Positions 7,953-20,333 of a stretch of DNA of 32,418 nt are shown here, piece after piece. Numbering within the stretch: the stretch's first letter is position 1; every line of letters starts with the position of its first letter. Both the position numbers and the translations under genes were made by a program. The notes under the pieces were generated by a model that did no database searches, was not told the origin of the DNA, and saw only the letters and a program-made list of their open reading frames with translations. The DNA lies in contig JBEWZL010000180.1 in NCBI GenBank assembly GCA_045837725.1, forward strand, positions 1-32,418. The letters are read 5' to 3'. This DNA is from Vermamoeba vermiformis (Eukaryota).

Positions 7953-10601
7953 ATGGCCGATACTACTTATACTGATGGTCCCCAAAAGTGCACTTGGCAC
8001 TTGGGCACGACTGAGAAGTCACCTCACATTCACACCAGGTAAACAAACGGAACACGCCATCTTCGATCGTGATCGTTATTAATCCCTCGTTTGACGCTTG
8101 TAGACCCATCCGCAATAAGATCTACAACAGCATCTTGGAGCATATTGGTAATACTCCTATCGTTCGTTTGGAGCGTCTTATGAAGAAGGAAGGATTGAAA
8201 TGCGAACTCTGTAAGCTTTATTTGAGCTCATACGCGTGTAATAATTATTGTTATAATTAACAAATATTATTTCAGTGGCTAAGTGCGAGTTTTTCAATGC
8301 TGGTGGCTCTTTGAAGGACAGAATCGGCTTGCGTATGGTTGAAGATGCCGAAAAAACTGGCCGTATTAAGGCTGGCGATATTTTGATTGAACCTACTTCT
8401 GGCAACACTGGTAAGATAATAATCGCAACCATTACTTTGAACATACTTTTACCAAGCAAATCAGATTTTCAGAAATTCAGTTCTCGCTTTATTCTGAACC
8501 CTGCTTCACTCTGTTTGTAATTAATATGTTGCATGAAAAATTTAGCACGAGCGATCGCTTAATATTGATTTTGGATCGGTTGTATTAACCGGATCTCAGG
8601 TATTGGTTTGGCTTTGTCCGCAGCCATTAAGGGCTACAGAATGATCATCACTTTGCCCGAGAAGATGTCGAAAGAAAAGGTGAGTTAATTTCAGAATACT
8701 ATTGAATAACTGCTAATTATTGCGATCCAAACAATCGTATCCGTTGGTGAATTACCTTCAGAAAAAATTGTGTTACGATTTATCATAGCATGATACTTAA
8801 ATATCATAGTCACGAAGTTCCACGAGCTATTAGGATCTATGAATTTTCTATTTAACTTTCATGGAACCTGCGCGAACCTTCGTTTCGGCACTAAAAATAC
8901 CTGGATCTAGAATAACATTTGTCTAATTATTTCCAAATATAGGTCGATATCTTGAAGGCTCTTGGTGCTGAAATCATTCGTACTCCTACTGAAGCTGCTT
9001 GGGACTCACCGGAATCTCACATTGGTGTTGCTCGCCGCTTGAACAAGGAGTTGGCCAACTCTCACATTTTGGATCAAGTACGTATCTGTAATAATTGTAA
9101 TAAGATCACTACAACAGCACATTGTTGGGTTTAGTTGCCGTTGCGCAAAATTTTCTTTGAATCTGACTTTCCTTTTTAGTACAAAAATCCGTCCAACCCG
9201 TTGGCTCACTACGACGGTACCGCCGAAGAATTGATTGAACAGTGCGACGGCAAGATCGATTACGTCGTTGTTGCCGCTGGTACTGGTGGTGCTTTGACTG
9301 GTTTGGCTCGCAAACTCAAGGAGAAGATCCCCAACGTTAAGGCAAGTCTCGATTATAGAATCAGATCTAATTGAGACAAATTCATATTTTGCAAATGGTT
9401 AACCCCTTTTGGGCTGTTTAAGCGTTGTTTGCGGAGCAGTGTATTAACAGAGACGTCGTTTTTAGATTATTGGTGTCGACCCTAAGGGCTCCATTTTGGC
9501 TCAACCCGAAGAGCTCAACGCCGAAGGTATTCACAGCTACGCCGTTGAAGGTATCGGCTACGACTTTATTCCCACCGTTCTCGACCGCAGCTTGTGCGAC
9601 AAGTGGATCAAGAGTGACGACAACGAGTCCTTCACCATGTCTCGCCGTTTGATCAAGGAAGAAGGTTTGTTGTGCGGTGGTTCTTCTGGCTCCGTCGTCT
9701 GGGCTGCTTTGCAAGTTGCCAAGACCCTCCCTGAAGGTACGCACTGACATCCATTCAAAGCGTGATCTTGTAGGTCTAACGGTGTTTGTCGTGCAGGTGC
9801 TCGCGTTGTTTGCATTCTTCCCGACTCCATCAGAAACTACATGAGCAAGTTCCTCGATGACGACTGGATGTGGGAGAAGGGTTTCTTCCAATCCTCCGAA
9901 GAAGAGAAGGCCGCTGAGCCCTGGAGAACCAGACTCGTTGCTGACCTCCACTTGCAATCCCCTTACACCATCGTGCCTAACTGCAGCTGCAAGAATGCTA
10001 TTGCCATCATGGCCGAGCACGTAAGTCCTACCATTAATGACTATGATCGGAGGCACTGAGTACTAACTGCGGTGGCACTAGGGTTTTGATCAATTGCCCG
10101 TCGTTGACGAGAAGACTGGTGAGATCTTGGGTACCGTCACTGAAGGCAACTTGACCTCGCACATTGTCAACAAGCGCGTCACACCTGATGACGAAGTCTC
10201 CAAGGTCTTGTACAAGAAATTCAAGTTGGTAAGTAATTCTTGCATGCACTTGTGTTCTCTTCTCCAAGTCATCTTTTAAAGCAATGAACGAATCATATCA
10301 TGAGTTTATTGCGTCGGAGGATGACGATATATTTTAATACTACAATACTGCATAATTTGGAGTTTCGATACAAGAGCTAACGTGGATGTAGGTCACTTTG
10401 AACACCACCCTCGAAGAGTTGTCCAAGATTTTCGACAAGGAGCCTTTCGCTTTGGTCGTCGCCACTCAAAAGTGCTTCTCATCGACCGGCGTTGCCTCTG
10501 AGAAGAAGGTTATCACTGGTGTTGCCACTCGTTTGGATCTTGTTCGTTACATCACCACTAGCTCTTCGAACACTCCTGTCACTCCTAAGGCCCACAATTA
10601 A
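7953..10601 (+). CDS. CBS: Cystathionine beta-synthase (heme motif + PLP catalytic core + CBS-domain pair)
   Basis: ATG 7953; exon 1 [40 protein letters not shown] (PLP Lys); [60 protein letters not shown]-terminal GFDQLPVVD...[11 protein letters not shown] domains. Confidence 0.97.
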
Positions 10602-11186
10602 CTGTGCTAGCGACAATAAAGATTTATAACTTAGATACAGTACATTAATATCCTCACAACTCGAAGCCGTACGTGGTACCTTGGGCGTTGATCTGCCGTC
10701 ATGGGGACAGGTGCGTGGCAATTTCATAGTGAAGATTGCGCAACTTTTATTGACAGTTCTGGTAGCGGCATTACCATCGACAAGAGGTATCACGTGTGGT
10801 TGTTGTGCGGCCATCCCAATATCCCGTATCTTCTGTCACTTAACGCCCACCATCACGCTCGACAAAAACATTTTTGTTTTGTTTTGAACAGTCTACAAGC
10901 TGCGAGGATTTAAGACGCCTGCATATACAGAGGAGCTTGTCGACCCTGGAAGCTACCCTCAGCCAAAACTGGACGCATCTGCTCCCTCGCTCGGCTTCTC
11001 TCAAAGTATTAACTCAACAAGTTGGAGCATTTGATAATTGTGCTTGACAGCCTTTTCAACATCATGGATGACTTTGCTACTGGTGATCTTTAAGTAATTT
11101 ATTAAAAAATATTTTCCGCTTCTCCAGGAGAAGGATCACAACAAAATCAATTTGCAACGCACCAACAATCAATGCACTTAATTTAA

Positions 11187-12398
11187 ATGGAAGACAACTT
11201 AGATAATTTAGAGCCACCTCGAAAGAGATTCAAACGTGCGGATCAACGTCCTATTTCAACCTTCGAAGATCCCTGTGTGCTTCTAAATATTCCACAAGAT
11301 ATCTTCAGCGAGCTATTGGATTATTTGGACACCAAAGCAATTTACAACCTCTCAATCACCTGTCATTATTTCAAAAAGACCAATTTATGGTCATTAGTCA
11401 CCAAGCTTGATCCGTCAGCACGTGCAATATTGCCAGTTATTAATAGTGTAGACGTCAACAAACTAACCAAACTCGAGAATTTCGACATCGATAGAGCGGA
11501 CGACAAAGGATATCTATCAGCCCTACATCGTTTGACGAACGTCAGGTCATTAAATATGAAGGGCGGGCATCTTCGTACTTCTTTGGTTGCCAATCTACTG
11601 CCTCGTTTTCCACTGATCCGAGAACTAACGACACCACTGGATCCGGACGTTCTTGCCAATTATCCAGGGGCATTCCTGACAAAACTGGCCTTGCGGCCCA
11701 CTTCTTTTGACGCAAGATACATCAAGCATTTTAGCAAACTCGAGGTACTGTACCTGCGAAGTATTCAAGAGATGACTAACACCGATGCGCTGACGCACCT
11801 CGCCTGTCTCACAGCTTTGATCATGACTGGTCGCGGTGTCAAAAAGTCAGACCTCAAATTAGCCTGTTGCCTCACTCAATTGAAGTACCTTGAAACGATT
11901 GCCATTGGCGGGCCAAAGATAACTTCTCTCAGCAATTTGAGCAACTTGACGTGTCTGAAATGCGACTTCAGTCTATCGAAGAATGACTGGACGAAGACGT
12001 TAGCCCCAATGACTGCGCTGCAGCGCATTGACGTTTTCACCCTCGACGTGCGCAGTTTCACTCCTCACCACTGCTCGACACTCACGCACCTCGCGTACTA
12101 CAAAGATAGCAACCAAAGTCCCGTGTTTGATTTGACAGCACTTCAATGTCTGACCATCAATATTTCACCTGATCCCGCGATGCACAGCAGGTTCAGCGAG
12201 CTTCAACGACTAACCAGCTTGACTTTGCGGCTAAATAGACGCGAGAACAAAGTTAACACCATGTTTTGGACAGCACTTACACACTTGTCGCATTTGGAAT
12301 TGCCACGAGAAACCGATGAACGACTTGTTAATGCTACCAAACGACTGATGCCTTCGGTGAACGTGGATTGGCGTGGCCCCTACCAAAAGTTTATTTGA
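11187..12398 (+). CDS. Intronless F-box/LRR protein
   Basis: 403-aa uninterrupted ORF. NLS-like PPRKRFKR, F-box-like LLNIPQDIFSELLDYLDTKAIYNLSITCHYF, then degenerate LRRs (LTNVRSLNM, LTQLKYLE, LSNLTCLKC, LQRLTSLTL, LTHLSHLEL). Confidence 0.8.
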   Translation: MEDNLDNLEPPRKRFKRADQRPISTFEDPCVLLNIPQDIFSELLDYLDTKAIYNLSITCHYFKKTNLWSLVTKLDPSARAILPVINSVDVNKLTKLENFDIDRADDKGYLSALHRLTNVRSLNMKGGHLRTSLVANLLPRFPLIRELTTPLDPDVLANYPGAFLTKLALRPTSFDARYIKHFSKLEVLYLRSIQEMTNTDALTHLACLTALIMTGRGVKKSDLKLACCLTQLKYLETIAIGGPKITSLSNLSNLTCLKCDFSLSKNDWTKTLAPMTALQRIDVFTLDVRSFTPHHCSTLTHLAYYKDSNQSPVFDLTALQCLTINISPDPAMHSRFSELQRLTSLTLRLNRRENKVNTMFWTALTHLSHLELPRETDERLVNATKRLMPSVNVDWRGPYQKFI

Positions 12399-12675
12399 TC
12401 GTTGTACACTGCGCGATTAACAAAATTTAAATCGTCCTCATTGTCGTAATTATCGTAACTGTTTTATCTCTCTTCGTGCAGAGGATCTTCTTTGGGAGAA
12501 ATGCTATTTCGTAATCTGATTATCGATTAACGCAGTTCATTTACATTTCACGTAACGGTATCGTTTAAATGCCTTCGTTTGCCGAACAAATCAATGTTTA
12601 ATATCATTTCGTAGATTACTCAAGCCTTTTTTAACTTTTAGCGTCTCATATTTATTGAAACTCGTTTCTTTGGTG

Positions 12676-15415
12676 TTAAAATTTGAATCCGTTAGTGTTG
12701 TTATTATTCTTGCCACCGAAGAAATCAACGTCGAAGTTGTAATCATCAGTAGCCATTTGTTCGCCTTGTTCATCTTCTTCATCGCTAGCATTTTTACGGT
12801 CCTTCTTGCGCTCTTGTTTCAACAACTTCTTGCGGTTCTGATTGGCACGAGGATTGACGAAATCTTCGGGAGTAGCGAGTTTTTGCTTACGACCAGGTTG
12901 TTGAGGCTTTTGCTATAAGAACCAAAAGTTAATTTTCCGAAAGACAAGAAATTCGACGGATTCGGTTTTACCTCTTCAACCATAGGTTGATCATCATCGA
13001 CCATTTCATCGTCGCTGCCATCCTCATCGTCTTCTTCATCTTCTTCGTCATCTTCTTCGTCGTCTTCGCTGTCTTCTTCGTCGCTATCTTCCATCTCGTC
13101 GTCATCGTCGTTCAGATCGTTCAAGAAAGTGCTCGAGAGGTTAACACCGGTCGAAGAGGGTTGCTATAACAATATATTAGTTCTATATTCAATTTAAAAT
13201 CGTTTCTAAGTCTAGCTTACGAGTTCACTGAAAACAGTGTCTTCGGCGGGATCGTGCAGTTTCTTCATAACAATATCGCGCTCCATTTTCATAACTTCAT
13301 CGAGATTGAACTCTTTGCTCCATTGTTGCACAATAGAAGATTCAACGATCGATTTGTTTTCAGGAGGCAAAGTGTAGAACGGGATCTTGCCTGCATTCCA
13401 GTCTTGCATTACAATCTTAGCAGCGCCGGTCATTTCAGCACCACCACCCTGTATAGAACATAGTTAATACTAATCCTAGAAGCTTAGGCAAAATAACCAA
13501 TTTCGCATCCAGATTTAGGAAAATACTTACGTGCTTCAGCTTGCCGCGCTTCTGAGCGACGTAGCTTAAGAATTCTACGGCGTTGTTGAAGTTAGGAATG
13601 TGGAAGATTTCCATCAACTGTTCTTTTTTAACTTTCTTCAAGAGTGCCTCAATAACACCAACTGGATCTTGCAGCTGATCAATTTTAATGGCGTTTCTGA
13701 GCGCAGCCTCGCTTTCTTCAACTTCGTCGTCTAAAATAACACCCGGGCAATCCATCAAGGTAATATTGTTATCCAAATAAACTTCCTAAAAGAAAAGTAA
13801 GATCAGATCCGCAGTTCAAAATTCAAAATAAATTAACTAAAAATATAGGAGAGTAGTATTAAGATATATATAATTACCTGAGCAGCTTTAGTGAAGCCAG
13901 GAGTAGCACCAACACCGACAGCCTTGGCGCGTTTCAAACTGTTGATGAGCGAAGATTTACCGACATTAGGAATACCGATAATACCAACTGTAATTGACTT
14001 CTTCATATCGCCACTGCGGCAGTAGTTCTTCAGCAGCGAGATCAAAGTTTCAGTACCGAGAGTCTCACTTCCTTGGAGCAGATCTTCGGTCGCGTGCTTT
14101 GTGTTAACTAAAATATACTCAGTTAACATCTTATTGCTTCAAAAATAATATAGAATGCAATGGTGCTATTATTTATATAATGCATGCGTATAAGACTTAC
14201 TTGTAGTCATGCCCATGCGTTTTCGTTGATTTTGAGTGGAACACTTGAAGGCAATGCAAGGGAAGTCGTGTCGCAAATATTTAAGCCACTTCTCCATGAT
14301 AGGCTTGGGGACAAGATCTATAGTGGTAGTATTATGTCAGTTCTATTGTTATTGTAAAAGAAATGTGGATCCAGTTCGCTGAAGTCGCATGATCCAAGCG
14401 ATCCAAAAACAGTCCTTGAACGTACCGATTTTGTTTAATACGAGAATAATCTTCTTATTAGGATCTTCAGCAAGAATCTTTTGTTCGATTGAAGGGCAGC
14501 GAGTACCAATAGGATCACGAGCATCTAACACTTCAATAATAACGTCTGATCCCTTGATGACCTTCTTCAATTCTTTAACGAATGCTCTCTTCGAGTTATC
14601 TAATATACGTGGTTAATTAAGGAATAAATATAATTCGTAACAGCGTCAGAAAACTTGATTTTGTGCGGATTGAATCCTGATCGTGGTTTCAATTTGCAAC
14701 AAAAAATCTTAAATATATTTGAATACGTACCCTTCATTAATCGCTTTGATTTTTCGCCTTGTTTCTTGTCAAATTCTTTGTTTTTCTGGTTGGCCATCAT
14801 CGCGAGTTCGGCCATCTCGCTTTGACCCTTAGCAATTCGAGCTAATCTTTGCTCCTCTTTCTTCTGTAGCTTTTCTTTTTCATTTTGTTCTTTTTGTTCC
14901 TTCACTCTGCGCAACAGATCCTCCTTGAAGGGATACAGATTGGGAATACCTGGATCTTTCTTTGCTTCTGTTTATAGTACAATCGTTAGACATCACATTA
15001 TTAATGATATTAATTGAGTGAGAGCGCTAATAGTAAACAGGATGTCAGAGCGAACAGAAAAAGTGAATCCGATCGCGATCTGGAAGTTAATAAAATCTCC
15101 AAATAAATCAGATTAAATACAGGGGTATAAAATTAACGTTGCTAACGATAGAGGATAATATTTCTTTGCTAAACGTAATTGTTTGACGATAATTTGAGAT
15201 TTGGATTTGATCGCGAATCTTACTTCGTAACTCTGGATGGCTCTTAGCTTCTTTGCGGAGCTTTCTCTTATGTTCACGAACTTTACGTTCGACCTTATAT
15301 TTCTTGTGAAGGCTTTGACGCTTGCTTTGTCTCTCTAAAAGAAGATCATCCATCAGTTACTACATCCAGATCATGCCACCTCGAGGTTGCTTGTATACGT
15401 ACTTTTCTTGACCAT
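12676..15415 (-). CDS. GNL3: Nucleolar circularly permuted GTPase, GNL3/nucleostemin/Nug1 family
   Basis: [26 protein letters not shown] basic N-domain; [72 protein letters not shown]; acidic tail ending DDYNFDVDF...GFKF, TAA 12676-12678. Confidence 0.94.
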
Positions 15416-15586
15416 TGTTGCTTTTGTTATTAACTTCAAAGTATGAATAAGGAAGTCGCGCTGCGATAATTTTATTTTTGACCGACAGTTGTTTTTGGTT
15501 TGGGAGCTGCTCGTTTGGTAATTTTATTTATTTATGTATCATATAACACAATAGCCGTTAGTACATCGTTCATATTTATTTATAAA

Positions 15587-18500
15587 ATGGACGTGCCCCG
15601 CGGATTTCTGAACAAACTCGGCGAAAAGGGGATCAAAACGTGGAAGAAACGATTTTTTGAATTTAAGGACTATCAATTATATTATTATACAAGCGAAAAT
15701 TTATCAACATGCTTGGGCTACATTAATTTAAACACTGGTATGTCCATCCTACCTTCGCGCTTTCGAGATCTCGCACCGCGATACCCACAAATGAAAATAT
15801 CTTACAAAAATTAATACTGACACATTAAATAGCCATGTCCGTGGAAAATGCCGATAAAATTGCCCCTTCGAAAGATCAATTCGGCTTTGTGGTAAGTTGA
15901 AGGTTCTATGCAGTTTAACTCCCCATGCGATATCATAATATTAATTTATAAATTATATCAAGCATTTACGAGATTGCTCGATTTTAAATTGCAAATATCA
16001 AGGCACGTCAAATGGATTAGTGACATTTTACTCTGCAAAATGTTTAATATTTTGTTTTGTTATACCTTAATCATGATTAAATTGTCATTTTTAGACGAGC
16101 GTATGTTCATATTTAAATTAATAAAATATTTCAAGCCTAATCCGGATTTGAATTCCAGATCTACTCGTTGTTTTCAGCGTTTATCATCGTCTTATTAATA
16201 TTTGTTTCCCAGATTATTCTTCCAGATAGAAAATGGCATTTGGCAGCGCCCAGCGAGTCAGAACGCGATCATTGGGTTCGAACAATCAAGAACTTGATTA
16301 CAAACACAAATAATGCCGCGAGTATTGGCTCAAATGCGAGTCCAATGACTGGTTCGCCGCTGAATACTAGCGAGGAGATTCCACGAGCGAAGGTAAAATT
16401 GACAGCAAAATAGTTCGTTTAGAAATCGCTCGAGATTGCGTTATTCTAGAATTTTATTAGAATTAATAGGCGGAATTGTTGTTACTGTGGTATATGTAAA
16501 GTTTGAAAGTATATCTAATGACCGGATCTATTTCATAGCCGCGTCGGTCAATCTCTCAAGGCAATATTGCAGCAGTGCCCTCGTTTCATCCAATGGTAGC
16601 CTCAAAGCCACAAAGCACAGTTGTCTCGCGCCGTAACTCGATGTAAGTCTCATGCGTGCACGCTATCACCGTTCGTATATTTATTCCTCGCAAAGTGGTG
16701 AATCAGAAGAGGTGCAGTACTCGTCTTCACCGGTCAATGGACGACCAATCCCACCATTACCGCCGCGCAAAGGAGGTCCATTTGAGGGTAAGTAGCGTGT
16801 AAATGCGAAAGAGCGATATGAATTCGCTAGCAAGACCCGATCTGGCAAACATCTAATTTTTGTCTCAGGTCCGCCACTTGCAGGCACACCACCCGGAGCC
16901 GCAAAGAAAAAAAGACCAATGCCACCACCACCAGTACCCAAGAGTCCTAAAGGCGCTGGCGCCACTGGCCCCAATCCCAACGCCGTCTCGAACGTGCCAC
17001 CAGTGCCAGCACGACCAGGCGATCAGAGCGCACCAATGGGCTCACCTCCTTCGGTGCCTAGTGCCTCCTCGAGACCTACTTTGCAACGCAATGTTACAAG
17101 TCATAACACCTTGTCGTCATCGTTCAAAACTCCGCTCGGAGAATTCTCCGCTAACTCGCAGCAAGGTCAGACAGATTGTTAATATTTTACCGAATATTGA
17201 CACCATTTTAGGCTTGGGACCTAAGAATCTTACCATTCCTATTGTTATGAATCCATCGCCTCGTACTACTGTGCAGTTAGGTCCGACTGATGGCAAAGAA
17301 ATCGCGTCAGATCCGCAAAAAAGAGCGAACGCAGCAAAAGAAATTTTGTCTACCGAACAATACTATGTTGATTGCCTTAAGATCATGATCGATGTAAGCT
17401 TAATTACGAAATTAGTCATTTTCTAAATTAGGCTAATCCCATTTTTAGCGTTATATGAAACCGCTGCAACAATCGTTACAATCAAAAGATAGAACAGTAA
17501 CTTATACTGAGGCTGATATTAAGACACTATTTTCCAATTTGGAAGTGGTTATTCCGCTCAACGTCGAGTTGCTCAAAGAACTGACCTCAATCGTCGGAAA
17601 TTGGTCCGAACAACAAAAAATTGGCGCAACATTTCTTAGAATGGCACCGTTCTTGAAGATGTATTACGAATACAGTATTGCTTATAATACTGCTTTAGAC
17701 ACGTACAACAGACTAGTACGCGATCAAAATTTTGCTCAACGACTCTTAGTAAGTCTCATCTACGATTATTTCTTATTTTCTTGTAATTTTAACGTTAATT
17801 TTACGCGTCCAGACGTACAGAACTGATTCGGGCATTAATTTGAGTTTAGAACACTTGTTGATTATGCCTGTACAACGTATTCCTCGTTATGTATTATTAC
17901 TTACAGTACGTATAAGGCATGGTATTGTGGTGCCTCATTTGTTAACTTTTTGCAGGAATTATCGAGATCCACGCCTTTTTCACATCCAGACAAAGAAGAT
18001 CTGGAAAAAGCGATCGCCAAGTTACAAGAGGTCACGCAACACGTCAATGACTTTATTAAGAAAGCCGAGAGTTCTAAAAAGATGTCTGGCCTCGAAGTAT
18101 TTATTCAGCCACATCGTTCATTGATTTGGGATGGCATGCTTGAGCCCAAGTTAGGCAAGTATTTCCTTATATAGCAATTCAAGGATCTTGCTAACAACGG
18201 CATTTAGATAACATAAAGGGCAAGCGCGATGGACGGCGCTTTATTTTGTTCAATGATTTGCTCGTGCATCTGCCACAAAGTCGCGCGAAGAGCAACGACG
18301 CCATGCAAGTGCACGAGTACCAGTGGCCGATGTACTTAGTCTGGCTCAACCCTATTAAAGGTAATAGTGTGCCTTATATAGATGAGAGTTTGGTGGGGTT
18401 CTAACGGGCTTCAAATTAGATGGCGTTGAACTGGTCGGACCCACGAAGACCTACGTGTTCACGTACAAAGATCAAAGTCCCGAAGAAAAACAATTCATTG

Positions 18501-20191
18501 CAGGTGTTACTGATGCTCTCAAGAAGGCACTCGGCGTCGATGTACCGCCATTAGGTTCGTTAAAAATCCGCCAATGACGTTTGACTTTCATTGACACGTG
18601 TCATCAGAGCGAAGTGGATTCTATCAATTCGACGAAGAGCGTACTTACGAAGGAGATTGGGTGCTCGGTAAAATGCACGGCAAAGGCACGCAAGTGTTTT
18701 TACACAGCAGTCAGTACAAAGGAGATTTCAAGGACAACATGAAGAACGGCAAAGGTGTCATGGTCTGGGACGGCGGTGAGATGTACAGTGGTGATTGGCA
18801 AGACGACAAACCTCGTAAGTATACATTATTTTTCATTGCGTTTATTCCGGATCCGACATCCACAACAAATTCTTGCATAATTCTCAGTGCAAATTGTAAC
18901 ATTTGTATTATTAGACGGCCAGGGAGAGATGAACTATCCCTCAGGCGACAAATACGACGGAGGTTGGGTCGATGGCATGAAGTTCGGTCAAGGAACTTTC
19001 TTGTTTATAAACGGTATGCAATCAAGCTACCAATCAATGGTGGTACTTATATTAAATTAATCATATTATAGGTGATGTGTTCAAAGGTATTTGGGCTAAA
19101 GACGTGCCAAACGGCGCTGGATTTTTCAGCTCACACAACGGCTATGTTTATGAAGGCAACTGGAAGGACGGATTGGTACGTCAAAATTCTTAAAAGAAAA
19201 TTTGCATCAGATACTAATATGACTTACAGTACAATGGTGAAGGCACGCTTATTGGGCCCGCCTTCAAGTACACCGGAAATTGGCTCGATGGTTTGCGCCA
19301 CGGCCAAGGAAAATTAACTAATGGAACAACTGAATATGAAGGCAATTGGAAGGCTGATAAAGTAAGCTCAATAAGAAAGTTTTGAGCAAGATCGTTTTTT
19401 TTGACACTTTTGACAGCGTCATGGCAAGGGCAGATGGAAAACTACAGTTAATGGCTTGGAAATGGTGTACGAGGGCGAATGGGACTACGATCAAAAGAAC
19501 GGCAAAGGAACAATGACTTATTGGGACAAATCGGTTTATGTCGGTTTGTGGAAGGATGATAAGGTACGAAAGAGTAACGAAGAATTTAATATATATCCTT
19601 ATAATAATGATTTATTATTGTTTATTTTACGTTTCCTAAGCAAATTAATTGGCTAAATCTTGAACTTTTGGATCCGTGCAAGAGGCTAATTTAGTGACAT
19701 TACTGTTCTATAATGTATGATCCGATACTAATGCCTCTTTCATTTATAGCGAGCAGGTACCGGCTCCTTCACATTCTCAAGTGACGCAGCTGGTCGTAAA
19801 ACATACGAAGGTGAATGGGCCAATGACAAGATGAACGGCAAAGGCAACTTGACTTTCACTTCTGGCGAATTCTGGGACGGCCATTTCAAAGATAATCAGG
19901 TACGATATATTAACATTATGTAGTATCATATGATAGCATGGTTGTTAATTGTTTTGTTTTTAGCCACACGGATCTATGTTGATTACAAATAGCAACACCA
20001 ACACCAAAGTAGACGCTAAATTTGAGCATGGAAAGCGAGAAGGAAGAGCAGTAATTGGACCTGCGACGAAGACGAACGACAAATGGAAATTTGAAGGTAA
20101 TATTAAAGGCAATGTTTTGGATCGACCAGGAAAAACAGATGTACTTGTTGCTCCACCAACACCGCACTTTAATTTGCCGCAAATCTATTAA
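15587..20191 (+). CDS. RhoGEF with N-terminal PH, Pro-rich linker, DH-PH and C-terminal MORN repeats
   Basis: PH: GFLNKLGEKGIKTWKKRFF...ERDHWVRTI. Poly-Pro region 16740-17070. DH: RANAAKEILSTEQYYVDCL, FLKMYYEY, LLIMPVQRIPRYVLLL. Second PH: RRFILFNDLLV. Many YxGxWxxxKxxGxG MORN repeats from ~18640 to 20050. Confidence 0.9.
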
Positions 20192-20333
20192 AATCTTTGT
20201 TAATAAATCGGAATTGTACAATTAACATTGGTGGCCTTAGCAGCAGCTCCGATAGGGGCTTTACCGGCCCGTTGAAAGTTCGGCACTAAAAATTAAACAA
20301 CAATCATTTACACTCACTCTAACACGAGTCCTC

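Noticed and set aside
12990-13110. TCA/TCG/TCT trinucleotide-like repeats
   Set aside because: These encode the ordinary Asp/Glu acidic tract of the GNL3 C-terminus.
20225-20290. GC-richer spacer segment considered as a tRNA or other ncRNA
   Set aside because: No cloverleaf or convincing A/B boxes could be built by eye.
8884-20293. 15-nt match TTCGGCACTAAAAAT at 8884-8898 and 20279-20293
   Set aside because: A single 15-mer repeat is plausible by chance in 32 kb of AT-rich DNA. No flanking similarity, terminal inverted repeats or target-site duplication.
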